Part shown: in pieces, positions 10,004-19,261 of the stretch
How positions within the stretch are numbered: the first letter of the stretch is position 1
Layout: every line of letters starts with the position of its first letter
Virus record (IMG/VR): IMGVR_UViG_3300024322_000001
DNA: 64,000 nt
Strand: one strand, 5' to 3'
Source: a virus
Lineage: Duplodnaviria > Caudoviricetes
Position numbers and translations under genes: made by a program
The notes under the pieces: model-generated
Told to the model about the DNA's origin: nothing
Databases searched by the model: none
Seen by the model: the letters and a program-made list of their open reading frames with translations, nothing else

Positions 10004-11746
10004 TTATTCTCCCAATGTAGCTCCAGTTGGTTGGATTACGAAGTCTAAAGTAATGAATTCTGCTGTTTTAGCTGGTTGGATAAAGATTTGACCTACTAAT
10101 TGGTTTCTATCAATAACGTCTGCTGTGTTGTTAGAATCATCCATTATTACTCGGAATGCATAAAGACCTTGTCTTTCAACTACTGATTGTAAATATGGGT
10201 TAACGTTTGCTAAGAAAGTGTTTCTAGTTGCAATAGTATTTTGTTCGAATACTAATGACTTAGCTTGATCTCCTAAGAACTTCTTAAGTGCGATCAATAA
10301 TCTTCTTACGTTTACACGATCAAGAGCTGATTTCTTCTTCTGTAATGTCTTCTGACCGAATACTGAAATACCAGATCCTGGGAATGTAGCTATTGGGTTA
10401 ACGTTTGCAGCATAAAGAGTATCTCTATGAGCTCTAGTTAATTTTCTTTCTGCTTGGATAACGTTAGGAATACCTCCTCTAGTTAAACCTGCTGGTGCAA
10501 ACCATGGTGCTGCTGCGCTATCTGTGAAGGCATATACACCTGGTATTACTACTGATGCTGGAGCGAATTCTAATTTACCTGTTGAACTACCAACTTGTAC
10601 CCAAGGCCAGTAAGATGCTGCATAAGAGTTATTTACTACTGCTGCATGTCCTGCTGCTTGTGCTACTGTTGTTCCATATGGTGATAAATCTACTACTGCG
10701 ATAGCATCTCCTCTGTCTTGTGCTAGAGAAATCATAGAATCTAATTGAGTCTTGTGCTCACCGTAGCTGTAGATAAGACCTGGTGCAGATATAATATTGA
10801 ATAAGTATTCGTCTTGGTTAGTTAGTAAGCTGAATGCAGATTCATAATTTTCAGCTACTAAACCTTGTGTGTTTGTTGCTGAAATATCTTCGAAATGTAA
10901 ATTTACTTCATCATGCTGATAGTTAGTACCTGTTGCGCCGTGGAATGAACCAGAACTAGCAGCTGGTAAAGAACCTGTGTAAGATGCTTCTCTAATATTG
11001 ATACCGTCGTTTGCTAAGTAATTAATAGTTCTTCTATCAACACTTGCTACTCTTACGTAACGTGATCTGTTAACGTAACGACCGTTAGTACTTAAGAATG
11101 CGCCATCTCCGTCGTCTCCAATACTCTTGTACTGATCACCAATAACGCTAGCAATATACCCTTCACTGTTAGGGTCTAAACTTAAATCGTTAAAAGATTC
11201 TAATATAGTTTTTGATTTTGTGCTGTCATCACCTCTTCTGATAATTAAAGAGAATGTTCCTGTTGCTTGGTCAACATTTTGGATTTCCCATCTAATGTTA
11301 TCATCGGAACCTAACTTTAATGAACCATCGCTATTTTCTGCTCCTGGGTCACCAGCTCCAGTAGAAGTATTAAAGAGCTCTCCTTTACCTAAAGTCTGTA
11401 GAGTGAAAGGTTTATCTCCTCCATCTGCTGCGCCAATTGTAGTGCTCGTAGCTCCTGTAAAAGAACCAGAAACAACTCTTGTAATAAGAGCTGTGTTTCC
11501 TCCTTGCTCGAAGTAGGATTTAACTGCAATCGAAGTTAAAAATTCGTATGTTTCAGAACCTGATGAAAAAGTTGTTCCAAATGTTCTTTGGTAGTCTCCG
11601 TAAGAAGTAACAACTGTAGGTTCGAATGTTGGTCCCATTACTGTTGGGCCAACGAAAGCTGCACCTGCTTCTAGTGGGGCTGGTGCAATAAAAGATCTAT
11701 CCTGCTCGCGTGATAGTACCCCTGGTGAGATTAATGATTCTGCCAT
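10004..11746 (-). CDS. gp18: Tail sheath protein (gp18-like)
   Basis: SPGVLSREQD N-terminus, PWFAPAGLTRG, GQKTLQ..SALDRVNVRRLL, FEQN. Confidence 0.95.
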   Translation of the reverse strand: MAESLISPGVLSREQDRSFIAPAPLEAGAAFVGPTVMGPTFEPTVVTSYGDYQRTFGTTFSSGSETYEFLTSIAVKSYFEQGGNTALITRVVSGSFTGATSTTIGAADGGDKPFTLQTLGKGELFNTSTGAGDPGAENSDGSLKLGSDDNIRWEIQNVDQATGTFSLIIRRGDDSTKSKTILESFNDLSLDPNSEGYIASVIGDQYKSIGDDGDGAFLSTNGRYVNRSRYVRVASVDRRTINYLANDGINIREASYTGSLPAASSGSFHGATGTNYQHDEVNLHFEDISATNTQGLVAENYESAFSLLTNQDEYLFNIISAPGLIYSYGEHKTQLDSMISLAQDRGDAIAVVDLSPYGTTVAQAAGHAAVVNNSYAASYWPWVQVGSSTGKLEFAPASVVIPGVYAFTDSAAAPWFAPAGLTRGGIPNVIQAERKLTRAHRDTLYAANVNPIATFPGSGISVFGQKTLQKKKSALDRVNVRRLLIALKKFLGDQAKSLVFEQNTIATRNTFLANVNPYLQSVVERQGLYAFRVIMDDSNNTADVIDRNQLVGQIFIQPAKTAEFITLDFVIQPTGATLGE

Positions 11747-11775
11747 CGTATCTTATATTAGATTATTCGTTCTAT

Positions 11776-11783
11776 AATAAATA
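11776..11783 (-). promoter_or_regulatory. Late-promoter-like TATTTATT upstream of sheath (second copy at 11834-11841)
   Basis: Recurrent upstream octamer. Confidence 0.45.
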
Positions 11784-11875
11784 TCGTTAATAATTCGAAA
11801 CCTTATTTTTAATTAAGTGTTCCTCTTAACGATAATAAATAGGAATAAAAGACCGAAAACAGTCTACTGAGAATA

Positions 11876-12130
11876 TTAAGATGCTGTTGAGTTAAATTCA
11901 CCTGTTGAAAGGTTTACAGTACCTTTGCCGTACTTGTCTTCTAACATCTTTGCAATATCAACTTCTGTGGTTCTTACATTAGTTAGGAATGTTTCTGCTC
12001 GTTCCTCTCTACTTTTCAAATTAAGCTTAGCAAGATGTATTGACCCAAACTCTTTAACTATAGATTCGTTATGTGATTTGAGTTTCTGTAAAGTTTCAAC
12101 TTCCTCTGAGGTAAGTTTAATTATCTTCAT
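11876..12130 (-). CDS. Small coiled-coil protein, paralog of 12117-12431
   Basis: KLT.EE N-terminus, DKYG.GTVNL.TGE C-terminus. Confidence 0.7.
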   Translation of the reverse strand: MKIIKLTSEEVETLQKLKSHNESIVKEFGSIHLAKLNLKSREERAETFLTNVRTTEVDIAKMLEDKYGKGTVNLSTGEFNSTAS

Positions 12131-12431
12131 CAGTATCTTCGATTGGTTGAGTTTTAACTACTGTATCTTCTGCAGGCTGTTCGTCCTGTGTTGTTATTTC
12201 ACCTGTCTGGAGGTCAACAGTCCCAGCTCCGTATTTATCTGTTAGAGCTTTATTTAATTCAGCTTCTCTTTCGCGAATGTTAGCTAAGAATGCTTTTAAG
12301 TTTGTCTCCCTAGATTCGAGTTCGATTTTGTCTAAACCTAGTTTCCCTAGTTCCTGTCTCAGTACCTGGTTATCCTTACTAATGTTAGCAATATTATCTA
12401 TTTCTTCTTGGGTTAATTTAGTTGTAGCCAT
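12117..12431 (-). CDS. Small coiled-coil protein, paralog of 11876-12130
   Basis: KLTQEE N-terminus, DKYGAGTVDLQTGE. Confidence 0.7.
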   Translation of the reverse strand: MATTKLTQEEIDNIANISKDNQVLRQELGKLGLDKIELESRETNLKAFLANIREREAELNKALTDKYGAGTVDLQTGEITTQDEQPAEDTVVKTQPIEDTDEDN

Positions 12432-12453
12432 TTTTATTTTTATTTATTAATAT

Positions 12454-12483
12454 AATATAAGAATTTAATTTTATTTAAGCAAC
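12454..12483 (-). promoter_or_regulatory. Bacteroidota-type promoter GTTG-N20-TATATT
   Basis: Conserved spacing. Confidence 0.6.
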
Positions 12484-12497
12484 TATTAATTTAATTA

Positions 12498-13373
12498 TTA
12501 CTGATTATTAATAGACTTAACTATTTTATTGATGTCGAAAATTTCTTCTAGTCCATTATAAGGTATACTTGATATATCTTCTGATAGTCCAAAAGGCTGA
12601 TATATAGCGTTTTTAATATTAGGTTCTTTAGTAAAGGGGTTTGCCTGTATGTTATCATGAAGTTTATACCCAAATACTTTTGGTTTTGTAGTTACCCAGC
12701 ATACAGTAGACTTTTTGTTCATTGCTGCTGCAAGGTGTTGCCCAAATGAGTCCATAAGTACACGTTTCTTAGATAACCCTATTAATATAGCTATACTTCT
12801 ATAACCATCCATAGCTGCTAATGTATCAGGATATTCATACTGATCCTTTCTTTTTATATGAACAATTGAATAATCATTCTTATAATGCTGTACTAGGCTG
12901 TTTACTGTTATTTGTGGAATATCTCTAGTCCAGGCGTATTTATATCCTTGTTGTTGTGGACCACCATTTGGCTGAATAACCATTACTGGTTTATCTGTTT
13001 TATAGAATGGAGAATAATATTCCTTTTCAGGTTCTGTTAAGTAGATTTGAGGCTGTTCGAAATTATAAGTAAGTCCGTAGATCCTACACCACGTCTTTAA
13101 GAGGTGTTCTTTTTCAGTTAAAAATGAAGTATTACGGTACGGGTCTTCTACAAAAAGCTTACAGTCTTGATCTTTTACATACTTTAAGTACGCACCATTC
13201 ATCTGCTCTATTCTGTAACATTCATTAATAAGTGGATTATTAAGAAAGACATCAGGGTAAGCAGATACTACTACTATATGTGCGTTTTTATAGCGTTTTC
13301 TTATCACTTTAACTACTGCCGTAGCCATAATGCTTTTGCCTAGACCGCCGTCTATTTGAAATATGATATTCAT
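12498..13373 (-). CDS. GT-B glycosyltransferase (GT9/heptosyltransferase-like)
   Basis: GGLG..IMATAVVK.IRKRY.NAHIVVV N-terminus and DSFGQHLAAAM C-terminal motif. Confidence 0.7.
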   Translation of the reverse strand: MNIIFQIDGGLGKSIMATAVVKVIRKRYKNAHIVVVSAYPDVFLNNPLINECYRIEQMNGAYLKYVKDQDCKLFVEDPYRNTSFLTEKEHLLKTWCRIYGLTYNFEQPQIYLTEPEKEYYSPFYKTDKPVMVIQPNGGPQQQGYKYAWTRDIPQITVNSLVQHYKNDYSIVHIKRKDQYEYPDTLAAMDGYRSIAILIGLSKKRVLMDSFGQHLAAAMNKKSTVCWVTTKPKVFGYKLHDNIQANPFTKEPNIKNAIYQPFGLSEDISSIPYNGLEEIFDINKIVKSINNQ

Positions 13374-13409
13374 AAAACTTATTTAATTATAACTAATTTT
13401 AACTCTTTA

Positions 13410-13718
13410 CTACCAAGGTGTACCGGTTGCTGTAGTTTCAGCTGCTATAAGTAGCTTATTGTTGTTGATAGATTCTACCAATTCAGCTTCAATTGCTGCT
13501 TTATCAACATTTGAGTCTACCCAACCTAGTACATTACCCTCTGATAAGTCATCATAAGCAATAAATCCATCGTCAGATGCTGCACCTGTTAGTGTAAATT
13601 CTCCTATTTTTCTAGCAGAGAAATCACCGTCGTTTGATTCGCATCCGTAAGTTACTTTAGTAACTACTCCATCTGCTTTGAGTCTTTCAAGATCGTATAT
13701 TTTCCAAGTGTGTGTCAT
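13410..13718 (-). CDS. Small tail-fibre-associated protein, paralog of 19262-19558
   Basis: W.I..L.R...DG.V, DGFI.YDDL....VLGWV, terminal TPW. Confidence 0.65.
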   Translation of the reverse strand: MTHTWKIYDLERLKADGVVTKVTYGCESNDGDFSARKIGEFTLTGAASDDGFIAYDDLSEGNVLGWVDSNVDKAAIEAELVESINNNKLLIAAETTATGTPW

Positions 13719-13749
13719 TGTAAGTGTGTTTTAATTTATTATAAATATG

Positions 13750-13950
13750 CTATTTTTTTAATTTAGTTGATTTTACCCATAGTCTTTCAAATGAAAAGTA
13801 GCCTACTGTTTTTATGACAGTATCTATGCTCCCAATAGCTAACCCGAATTTCCAATTACCGCTTACTATCCAGCCAGTAAGTATAGTTATCGATGTAGCT
13901 ATAACTCTCCAAATTAAAGTCTTAACTATTGTTTCTTTATAACTTGCCAT
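13750..13950 (-). CDS. DUF2061-like small membrane protein
   Basis: K.LIWRVIAT, two hydrophobic helices, YF.FERLW. Confidence 0.7.
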   Translation of the reverse strand: MASYKETIVKTLIWRVIATSITILTGWIVSGNWKFGLAIGSIDTVIKTVGYFSFERLWVKSTKLKK

Positions 13951-14335
13951 CTTTTTTCATTTGTTCTCTAATCTTAGTAGCAGATATATTTTTTACTTCT
14001 TCAGGTGGGCAATGTTCTATAACGTCATATCCTACTCCTCTTCCTATATTGATTGATTCAATATCCGGTACGATAGTACATTTTACTCTACCTTGCTCTA
14101 TCAAATCTTTTAATTCACGTTCTAAGTTAGTTAATACCTCCTCAGCAGTCCAAGGGTTTTTTTCGTCTGGTGGTATCTCTCTAATGGCTATCCATACGTT
14201 CTTACCTTCTTCTAATCTTTGATCAATAAGCCATCTATGACCTGCATGCCAAGGTTGCCATCTTCCAATATACATTGAGTATTTATTCTCATTGAATGAG
14301 GACTGGAATGCTGCTTGTGCTAAATACTTTTTCAT
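13937..14335 (-). CDS. HxGH (cytidylyltransferase-like) nucleotidyltransferase
   Basis: GRWQPWHAGH and ISATKIR motifs. Confidence 0.85.
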   Translation of the reverse strand: MKKYLAQAAFQSSFNENKYSMYIGRWQPWHAGHRWLIDQRLEEGKNVWIAIREIPPDEKNPWTAEEVLTNLERELKDLIEQGRVKCTIVPDIESINIGRGVGYDVIEHCPPEEVKNISATKIREQMKKDGKL

Positions 14336-14670
14336 ATACCTTTATCTCTTTCTAAATTTATTGCAATAGCCCGTTCTCCAGGTTTCTTTGGATCCATATC
14401 ATTGATTAAATAACGAGGGCCCCTTTCAATACCCATAATTAACCTATGGTACGGTACTTCATTTTCATATAATTCTATTTCAGTATGCATCCTAAGGTAT
14501 TCAGGACGAGCTGTAGTTAAAATTATCATATGACCTTCAACTGAAGCTTTGTCTAAATATTCTATAGTAGATTTTATTCCTTCAGCTTTTGTTGTCTCAT
14601 ATGTTTCAAATTTACGGTATTTGAATATAGTACCATCTATATCACAAAAGTATGTATTTTTTTTCTCCAT
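14332..14670 (-). CDS. Minimal HAD-family phosphatase
   Basis: DIDGT motif I, TTAR motif II, IND motif IV. Confidence 0.8.
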   Translation of the reverse strand: MEKKNTYFCDIDGTIFKYRKFETYETTKAEGIKSTIEYLDKASVEGHMIILTTARPEYLRMHTEIELYENEVPYHRLIMGIERGPRYLINDMDPKKPGERAIAINLERDKGI

Positions 14671-14671
14671 A

Positions 14672-15169
14672 TTAGTTATCTAATTGATAATCTGAAGGTG
14701 GTAATTCATTTAGTAAAGACCCTTCAGGGTATTTTTTAGGTAAATTATTGATTATCTTTTGTAAAGATTCTTCAGGTGTATCGTCTGTAGTATCTATATC
14801 AATAAAATTACCTTGAGGGGCAATATACGCAATTGCTTTCCAATGGTCACGTTCTCTTGCTTCTGTTGTGTGAACATATATTTCTTTAATATTATCACCT
14901 AAAAGGGTTTTGAAATCTTCTCTTTGATCCAAATAAGGTGCTACTAAAGAAACTATAACATCATTTCCTTGATTGTGTAGATAGTGAGCAATACGTTGAG
15001 CTGTACCTACATTTTCAACTCTACCTTTAATAGAGTAGTCTTTATTAGAGAATAATTCTCTCATATCATCTCCATCTATTCTAAAGGCATTAGGTGTGTA
15101 ACGCTCTTGCAATAAATCTCCTAAAATTGTTTTGCCAGCACATGGTTGGCCAGTTAACCAGTATATCAT
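14672..15169 (-). CDS. cysC: Adenylylsulfate (APS) kinase
   Basis: WLTGQPCAGKT P-loop, DGDDMR, DYS..GR.EN, VSLVAPY. Confidence 0.85.
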   Translation of the reverse strand: MIYWLTGQPCAGKTILGDLLQERYTPNAFRIDGDDMRELFSNKDYSIKGRVENVGTAQRIAHYLHNQGNDVIVSLVAPYLDQREDFKTLLGDNIKEIYVHTTEARERDHWKAIAYIAPQGNFIDIDTTDDTPEESLQKIINNLPKKYPEGSLLNELPPSDYQLDN

Positions 15170-15175
15170 ATTATC

Positions 15176-15205
15176 AATATAAGAATTATTTTTGAATTAT
15201 ACAAC
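15176..15205 (-). promoter_or_regulatory. Bacteroidota-type promoter GTTG-N20-TATATT upstream of cysC
   Basis: Conserved spacing. Confidence 0.6.
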
Positions 15206-16522
15206 TATATCTCCTACCTTAATTAACCAGCTCCCATCACAAAAAGTTTTGGTTGGTACTATATTAGTAGGACCATATCCTCCTATAAAGCCTTCTTTAT
15301 TCATTGCAGGGAGAATTGATTCAATTAATTTTTTAACATCTTGTCTTTTTCTATTATTAATATAGGTAAAGAATATATCTGAGAAGCTATCTATAATTTC
15401 TTCCGGAAGATTTGTAAGGTGGTTGACATTATTAAAACTACTTGTATTGTTGCTATAGGCAATTTTAATATCTTCCCAACTTAAATTATTCTTAATATTA
15501 AACTCGTCTTCACCTACATACGAATCGACAGTGTATATGTTTTTAAACAGACCGCTACATCCGAAGAAAAAAGTTGACTCTCCGGTATGACTGTTTATTT
15601 CAATCATTTTAGAATTTTCATCTGTAAAATTACCTATATGCTTTAGTAGATCTGATAGACCGAAGAAGCTATCTCTGTTAAATTTTTGTCGTCCGAAATT
15701 ATACTTCTCTAATACTATTTCAACATGCTGATCAATAATATCTTTTGGGTGTTTAATGTACTGAGCTATGCTCTTATTTATTACATTTCCTTCACTATCA
15801 AAAGAAATACCTATCTTACCGCCGCTTTCTCTATAATCGTTATAGTATGTATCAGAATCTGCATTTGCAGCATCTGCAATATCTGATTTTTGTCTTACTA
15901 GACTGTTAGAAAGGTTAATTATATTATGAGTATTGTAGAAAGTTTCTATATATACATCTGCAGCATACTTAACCGGTATACAGTTATCAGAAAGAGTCTT
16001 AATCATTTGCTTTGTAACTCCGTAGCAATGTGCACCGTTAAAATTAGTCCTGTATCTAGGAATTACAAAATTTTTAGATAGTATTATTCCATGTGATTGT
16101 TCAGTTTTTTTCCCGTACTGTACTATATCCCAGTCGATATCGTTCTGTTCTTTTAGTATTTCCTTGTATATAGGTGTTAGCTTGCTATTCTCTATAAAGG
16201 GAGTTACAAAGAAAATATCGTCTTCTAGAAAAAGTGCATTTTCAACTCCATCCTTTAATGCTTGATCCCAAGCTTTTTTATGTGATAATGCGCAAGCGAA
16301 GATACCTGTAGTCAGCATACCAGTTGGATCAAAAAACGAACTCCCTACTAGACCTTGTTTTTGTAATTCTACTGTTGTTATTTCCTTACCGTCTACAGCT
16401 TCAATAAAAGTAAAATCAATTTCAGGATTTTCCTTAATTAATATATCTCTTCTATCTTTTCTACGTTTTAAATTTATAACGTATATTTTATCAAATCCTA
16501 AAGTACTATTTTTTAAACTCAT
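15197..16522 (-). CDS. GT25 glycosyltransferase fused to a methyltransferase-like C-terminal domain
   Basis: IYVINLKRRKDRR, EAVDG, CALSH, FLEDD, AHCY; C-terminus has EINSHTGEST..VDSY..GFIGG. Confidence 0.8.
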   Translation of the reverse strand: MSLKNSTLGFDKIYVINLKRRKDRRDILIKENPEIDFTFIEAVDGKEITTVELQKQGLVGSSFFDPTGMLTTGIFACALSHKKAWDQALKDGVENALFLEDDIFFVTPFIENSKLTPIYKEILKEQNDIDWDIVQYGKKTEQSHGIILSKNFVIPRYRTNFNGAHCYGVTKQMIKTLSDNCIPVKYAADVYIETFYNTHNIINLSNSLVRQKSDIADAANADSDTYYNDYRESGGKIGISFDSEGNVINKSIAQYIKHPKDIIDQHVEIVLEKYNFGRQKFNRDSFFGLSDLLKHIGNFTDENSKMIEINSHTGESTFFFGCSGLFKNIYTVDSYVGEDEFNIKNNLSWEDIKIAYSNNTSSFNNVNHLTNLPEEIIDSFSDIFFTYINNRKRQDVKKLIESILPAMNKEGFIGGYGPTNIVPTKTFCDGSWLIKVGDIVV

Positions 16523-16523
16523 A

Positions 16524-17558
16524 TTATAACTCTCTAATTAGATTCTCATACTTAGAGTATATATTTTCATTACTTAACTCCTTTAAGTTACTTTCTTGGT
16601 CTGTAAGTAGTCTTTTCAGTATATCTAGTTTTGTTTTATGAAAAATATCTAAGGTATATTCTATTTGTTCAGGTTGATTAGAGATAACATATGGATAATT
16701 CTTTAAATACTCTAATGCAGCGGAGTCTCTTCCTATTATAGGTACTAATCCGTTTAATAGACTCTTAAATGTATAGTAATCGAAGGTATCGTATACTGGG
16801 GTATATAGATATGCAGAATATTTCTTGAAATACTTATTTTCTGAACGTAGTCTTGCTTTAAAAGTAAATTTTGGTATAGTCTGTGTAACGTTGTTAATAA
16901 GAAATTGATTAAGAAAATCCGTTCTTCCGTGAATACCGTAATAGTCTAAACTTAAATTTTCATTCTTCCATATTGTATTTGCAGATATATGAATTCCATT
17001 AGCATATGACGGTACTCCATTGAAAGTAAAATTTGTACCTTTAGTAACGTTGTCTAAATTTACTTTTAAACTTTTCTCACTACCTAGAGGCGGTGGTATA
17101 ACTACTTTTTTAATTCCATCGGGAACTTTATAATAATCTTCAAATAGTTCCTTATCTCTCTTACTAAAGAATACAAATGCATCAGAATGTTTATAGTATA
17201 GGGTATTCTGCTTATCATTAGATAGAGCTACAAATCCTTCCGAAAAAGAAGGTGCAAATTTCTCTAGACATTCAAGATTTAATTTTCTATGAACTTCTGG
17301 TATTGTGTCTATAATAAATATTTTAGGAATCGTGACTTCCCTTAGAAACTCATGATACAGCCCTACACTACTAACTTTGTAATCAAAGCTAATAATTAAA
17401 TGCGAGTAATTCTTATTAATAGTATACTGAGCATTTACGTCCCTAAAGCTAAACGTATCTGCTTCAGTTATACCTATAGCTTTATAGATACTAGTAAAAA
17501 TATTAGTTTCGTTTATTAACCCTTTATTTTCATAATTTGTGACTACACATAACTTCAT
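16524..17558 (-). CDS. Divergent GT-B (GT4-like) glycosyltransferase; start refined to MKLCVV
   Basis: PVYDTFDYYTFKSLLNGLVPII resembles the GT4 E.F....EA..G.P motif; ATG at 17558 avoids overlap with the upstream gene. Confidence 0.55.
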   Translation of the reverse strand: MKLCVVTNYENKGLINETNIFTSIYKAIGITEADTFSFRDVNAQYTINKNYSHLIISFDYKVSSVGLYHEFLREVTIPKIFIIDTIPEVHRKLNLECLEKFAPSFSEGFVALSNDKQNTLYYKHSDAFVFFSKRDKELFEDYYKVPDGIKKVVIPPPLGSEKSLKVNLDNVTKGTNFTFNGVPSYANGIHISANTIWKNENLSLDYYGIHGRTDFLNQFLINNVTQTIPKFTFKARLRSENKYFKKYSAYLYTPVYDTFDYYTFKSLLNGLVPIIGRDSAALEYLKNYPYVISNQPEQIEYTLDIFHKTKLDILKRLLTDQESNLKELSNENIYSKYENLIREL

Positions 17559-17571
17559 CTTACTTGCTGTA

Positions 17572-18315
17572 TTAAATTCCATCCCAGTTTTCATTTTCAG
17601 GTGATAGATGCACACAGTAGCTATCTAAACATATAACCTGGTAGAATATTTTAGAAAATATCCAATCATCGTGGCCTGCATTTTTAGACATAGAAGGGTA
17701 TAGGTGGTGTAAATCGGGGTATACATTTAATAGAGATGGCAAATGAAATAGTTGAAAATAACCATACCCTTTAAACTTCTGTACGATTTCGTCTGTTTTA
17801 CTAAAATATTGCTGTGGTATGAATGGGTCAAAATCCTCTTCTTCGTTGACGTTGACTCTTCCCATCGTGTATAGGTTTAATGCTGAGAAGGGTTCGTCTA
17901 AATACTCTTCATATAAACGGTAATAACCTGTTCTTTCCATGTGTTCTGTTTCAACACATTTCAATTTTCTTAACCCTCTAATTTTTATTCTATTAGTCTC
18001 TTCATCAACAGGGAAAGCATCACTAAAGTTATCCGGTAGTAGTACGTCTGCGTCAATATGCAGATACCAATCGTTAGTGTACCCTAATAAATCAAATGCT
18101 TCGTTAATGGCTTCACCTTTTGAAAATTGACGGTTATAAAGCTTTTCAGAAAATATATACTCTAGGTTATTATCTTCACACAGTTTTATAGTTTCAGTAT
18201 CTTGCTCGGTAGTAACTATAACCCAACGTTTAAAAAAACGATTATTTGCTATACAATACTTAAATAAATGTGCGTAGTTTACACACACAGTAACTGCGTA
18301 TATATCTATATTCAT
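17572..18315 (-). CDS. GT-A (GT2-like) glycosyltransferase
   Basis: FSKGEAINEA, WYLHIDADV (DxD), GYFQLF. Confidence 0.7.
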   Translation of the reverse strand: MNIDIYAVTVCVNYAHLFKYCIANNRFFKRWVIVTTEQDTETIKLCEDNNLEYIFSEKLYNRQFSKGEAINEAFDLLGYTNDWYLHIDADVLLPDNFSDAFPVDEETNRIKIRGLRKLKCVETEHMERTGYYRLYEEYLDEPFSALNLYTMGRVNVNEEEDFDPFIPQQYFSKTDEIVQKFKGYGYFQLFHLPSLLNVYPDLHHLYPSMSKNAGHDDWIFSKIFYQVICLDSYCVHLSPENENWDGI

Positions 18316-18350
18316 AACTAATTTTTCAATAAACTTTTTTTACTGTACTA

Positions 18351-19178
18351 CTAGTACGTATTCCACTTAGAGTAGTCTAGATCAGGATAAAGTGCTTTGA
18401 GTTCATTAACACTATCTTTAAAATAAGCCTTTAAAAATTGTTCAGAAGCTGTATCGATAGTTGTGTCGTAAGATGCAGAATGTATATCTCTATATTCTTT
18501 ATCAAGTGCTAACTCATCTACTCCTAAAAAGCTAAACATTTTATTATATTCAACTGCAGGATTAGCTTTGATTTCTTCCTGTATAGCTACATATACGTTT
18601 TCCGATCCAAAAGTTGCTCTATATTTCTTTAAGTTTTCTACGTATTTACTTCTAAGTAGAATAGAGTTTTTAGCTTTATCGTTAGAAACCTGTTCTGTAC
18701 TTTCGTTGAAGGACTTTCCTTTAAATCTCAATGCAAAATTCGAATTTGGTCTTTGTATATGATTCCAATGGCTAAAACTTCTAGTGATAGGATCTCTAAG
18801 TATAACTATAATCTTAGGTGTTCCTAAAGTTAATGCCATGTTTTTAGCTGTGCTTTCTTGACCTTTTTCATGTAGGTAGAAATAATTTGGTGATGCTTCT
18901 CCTATTGCTTTGGTTGGTCTTGGAAAATAAGACTCGTATAAATCTCTACCTAAATTAAAATTATGTTCTTTATTAAAAAAGTCCATTTCTTTATTAGTCT
19001 CTTCACTTAAGCCTCCTACAAAGTCAGAAGGTTTATAATTATAATGTGCGTTTACTTTTTCCTTCCAGTAAGGCGTTACACAGAATACATCTTCGTGTAA
19101 ATTTAAATTTATAGCAGCAGCAGAGGTGCTACCTTTCATTGCTCCTACTATTATAAAGTTTGGTGTGTTCTTTTTCAT
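18351..19178 (-). CDS. PAPS-dependent sulfotransferase
   Basis: PNFIIVGAMKGSTS (5'-PSB loop), KEMDFF, GEASPNY, ILRDPITRSFSHW (3'-PB). Confidence 0.9.
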   Translation of the reverse strand: MKKNTPNFIIVGAMKGSTSAAAINLNLHEDVFCVTPYWKEKVNAHYNYKPSDFVGGLSEETNKEMDFFNKEHNFNLGRDLYESYFPRPTKAIGEASPNYFYLHEKGQESTAKNMALTLGTPKIIVILRDPITRSFSHWNHIQRPNSNFALRFKGKSFNESTEQVSNDKAKNSILLRSKYVENLKKYRATFGSENVYVAIQEEIKANPAVEYNKMFSFLGVDELALDKEYRDIHSASYDTTIDTASEQFLKAYFKDSVNELKALYPDLDYSKWNTY

Positions 19179-19184
19179 AATTAT

Positions 19185-19214
19185 AATATAATACTTTTCT
19201 TTTTAATAAACAAC
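19185..19214 (-). promoter_or_regulatory. Bacteroidota-type promoter GTTG-N20-TATATT upstream of sulfotransferase
   Basis: Conserved spacing. Confidence 0.55.
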
Positions 19215-19261
19215 TTTTAGAGTAATTTTTTTCTATATAATATAAATAGATAAAAATAACA

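Noticed and set aside
17559-17615. Track starts at 17615 (and at 56869 for the ORF ending at 56432)
   Set aside because: Both overlap the upstream gene; downstream ATGs at 17558 and 56845 give normal spacing and sensible N-termini.
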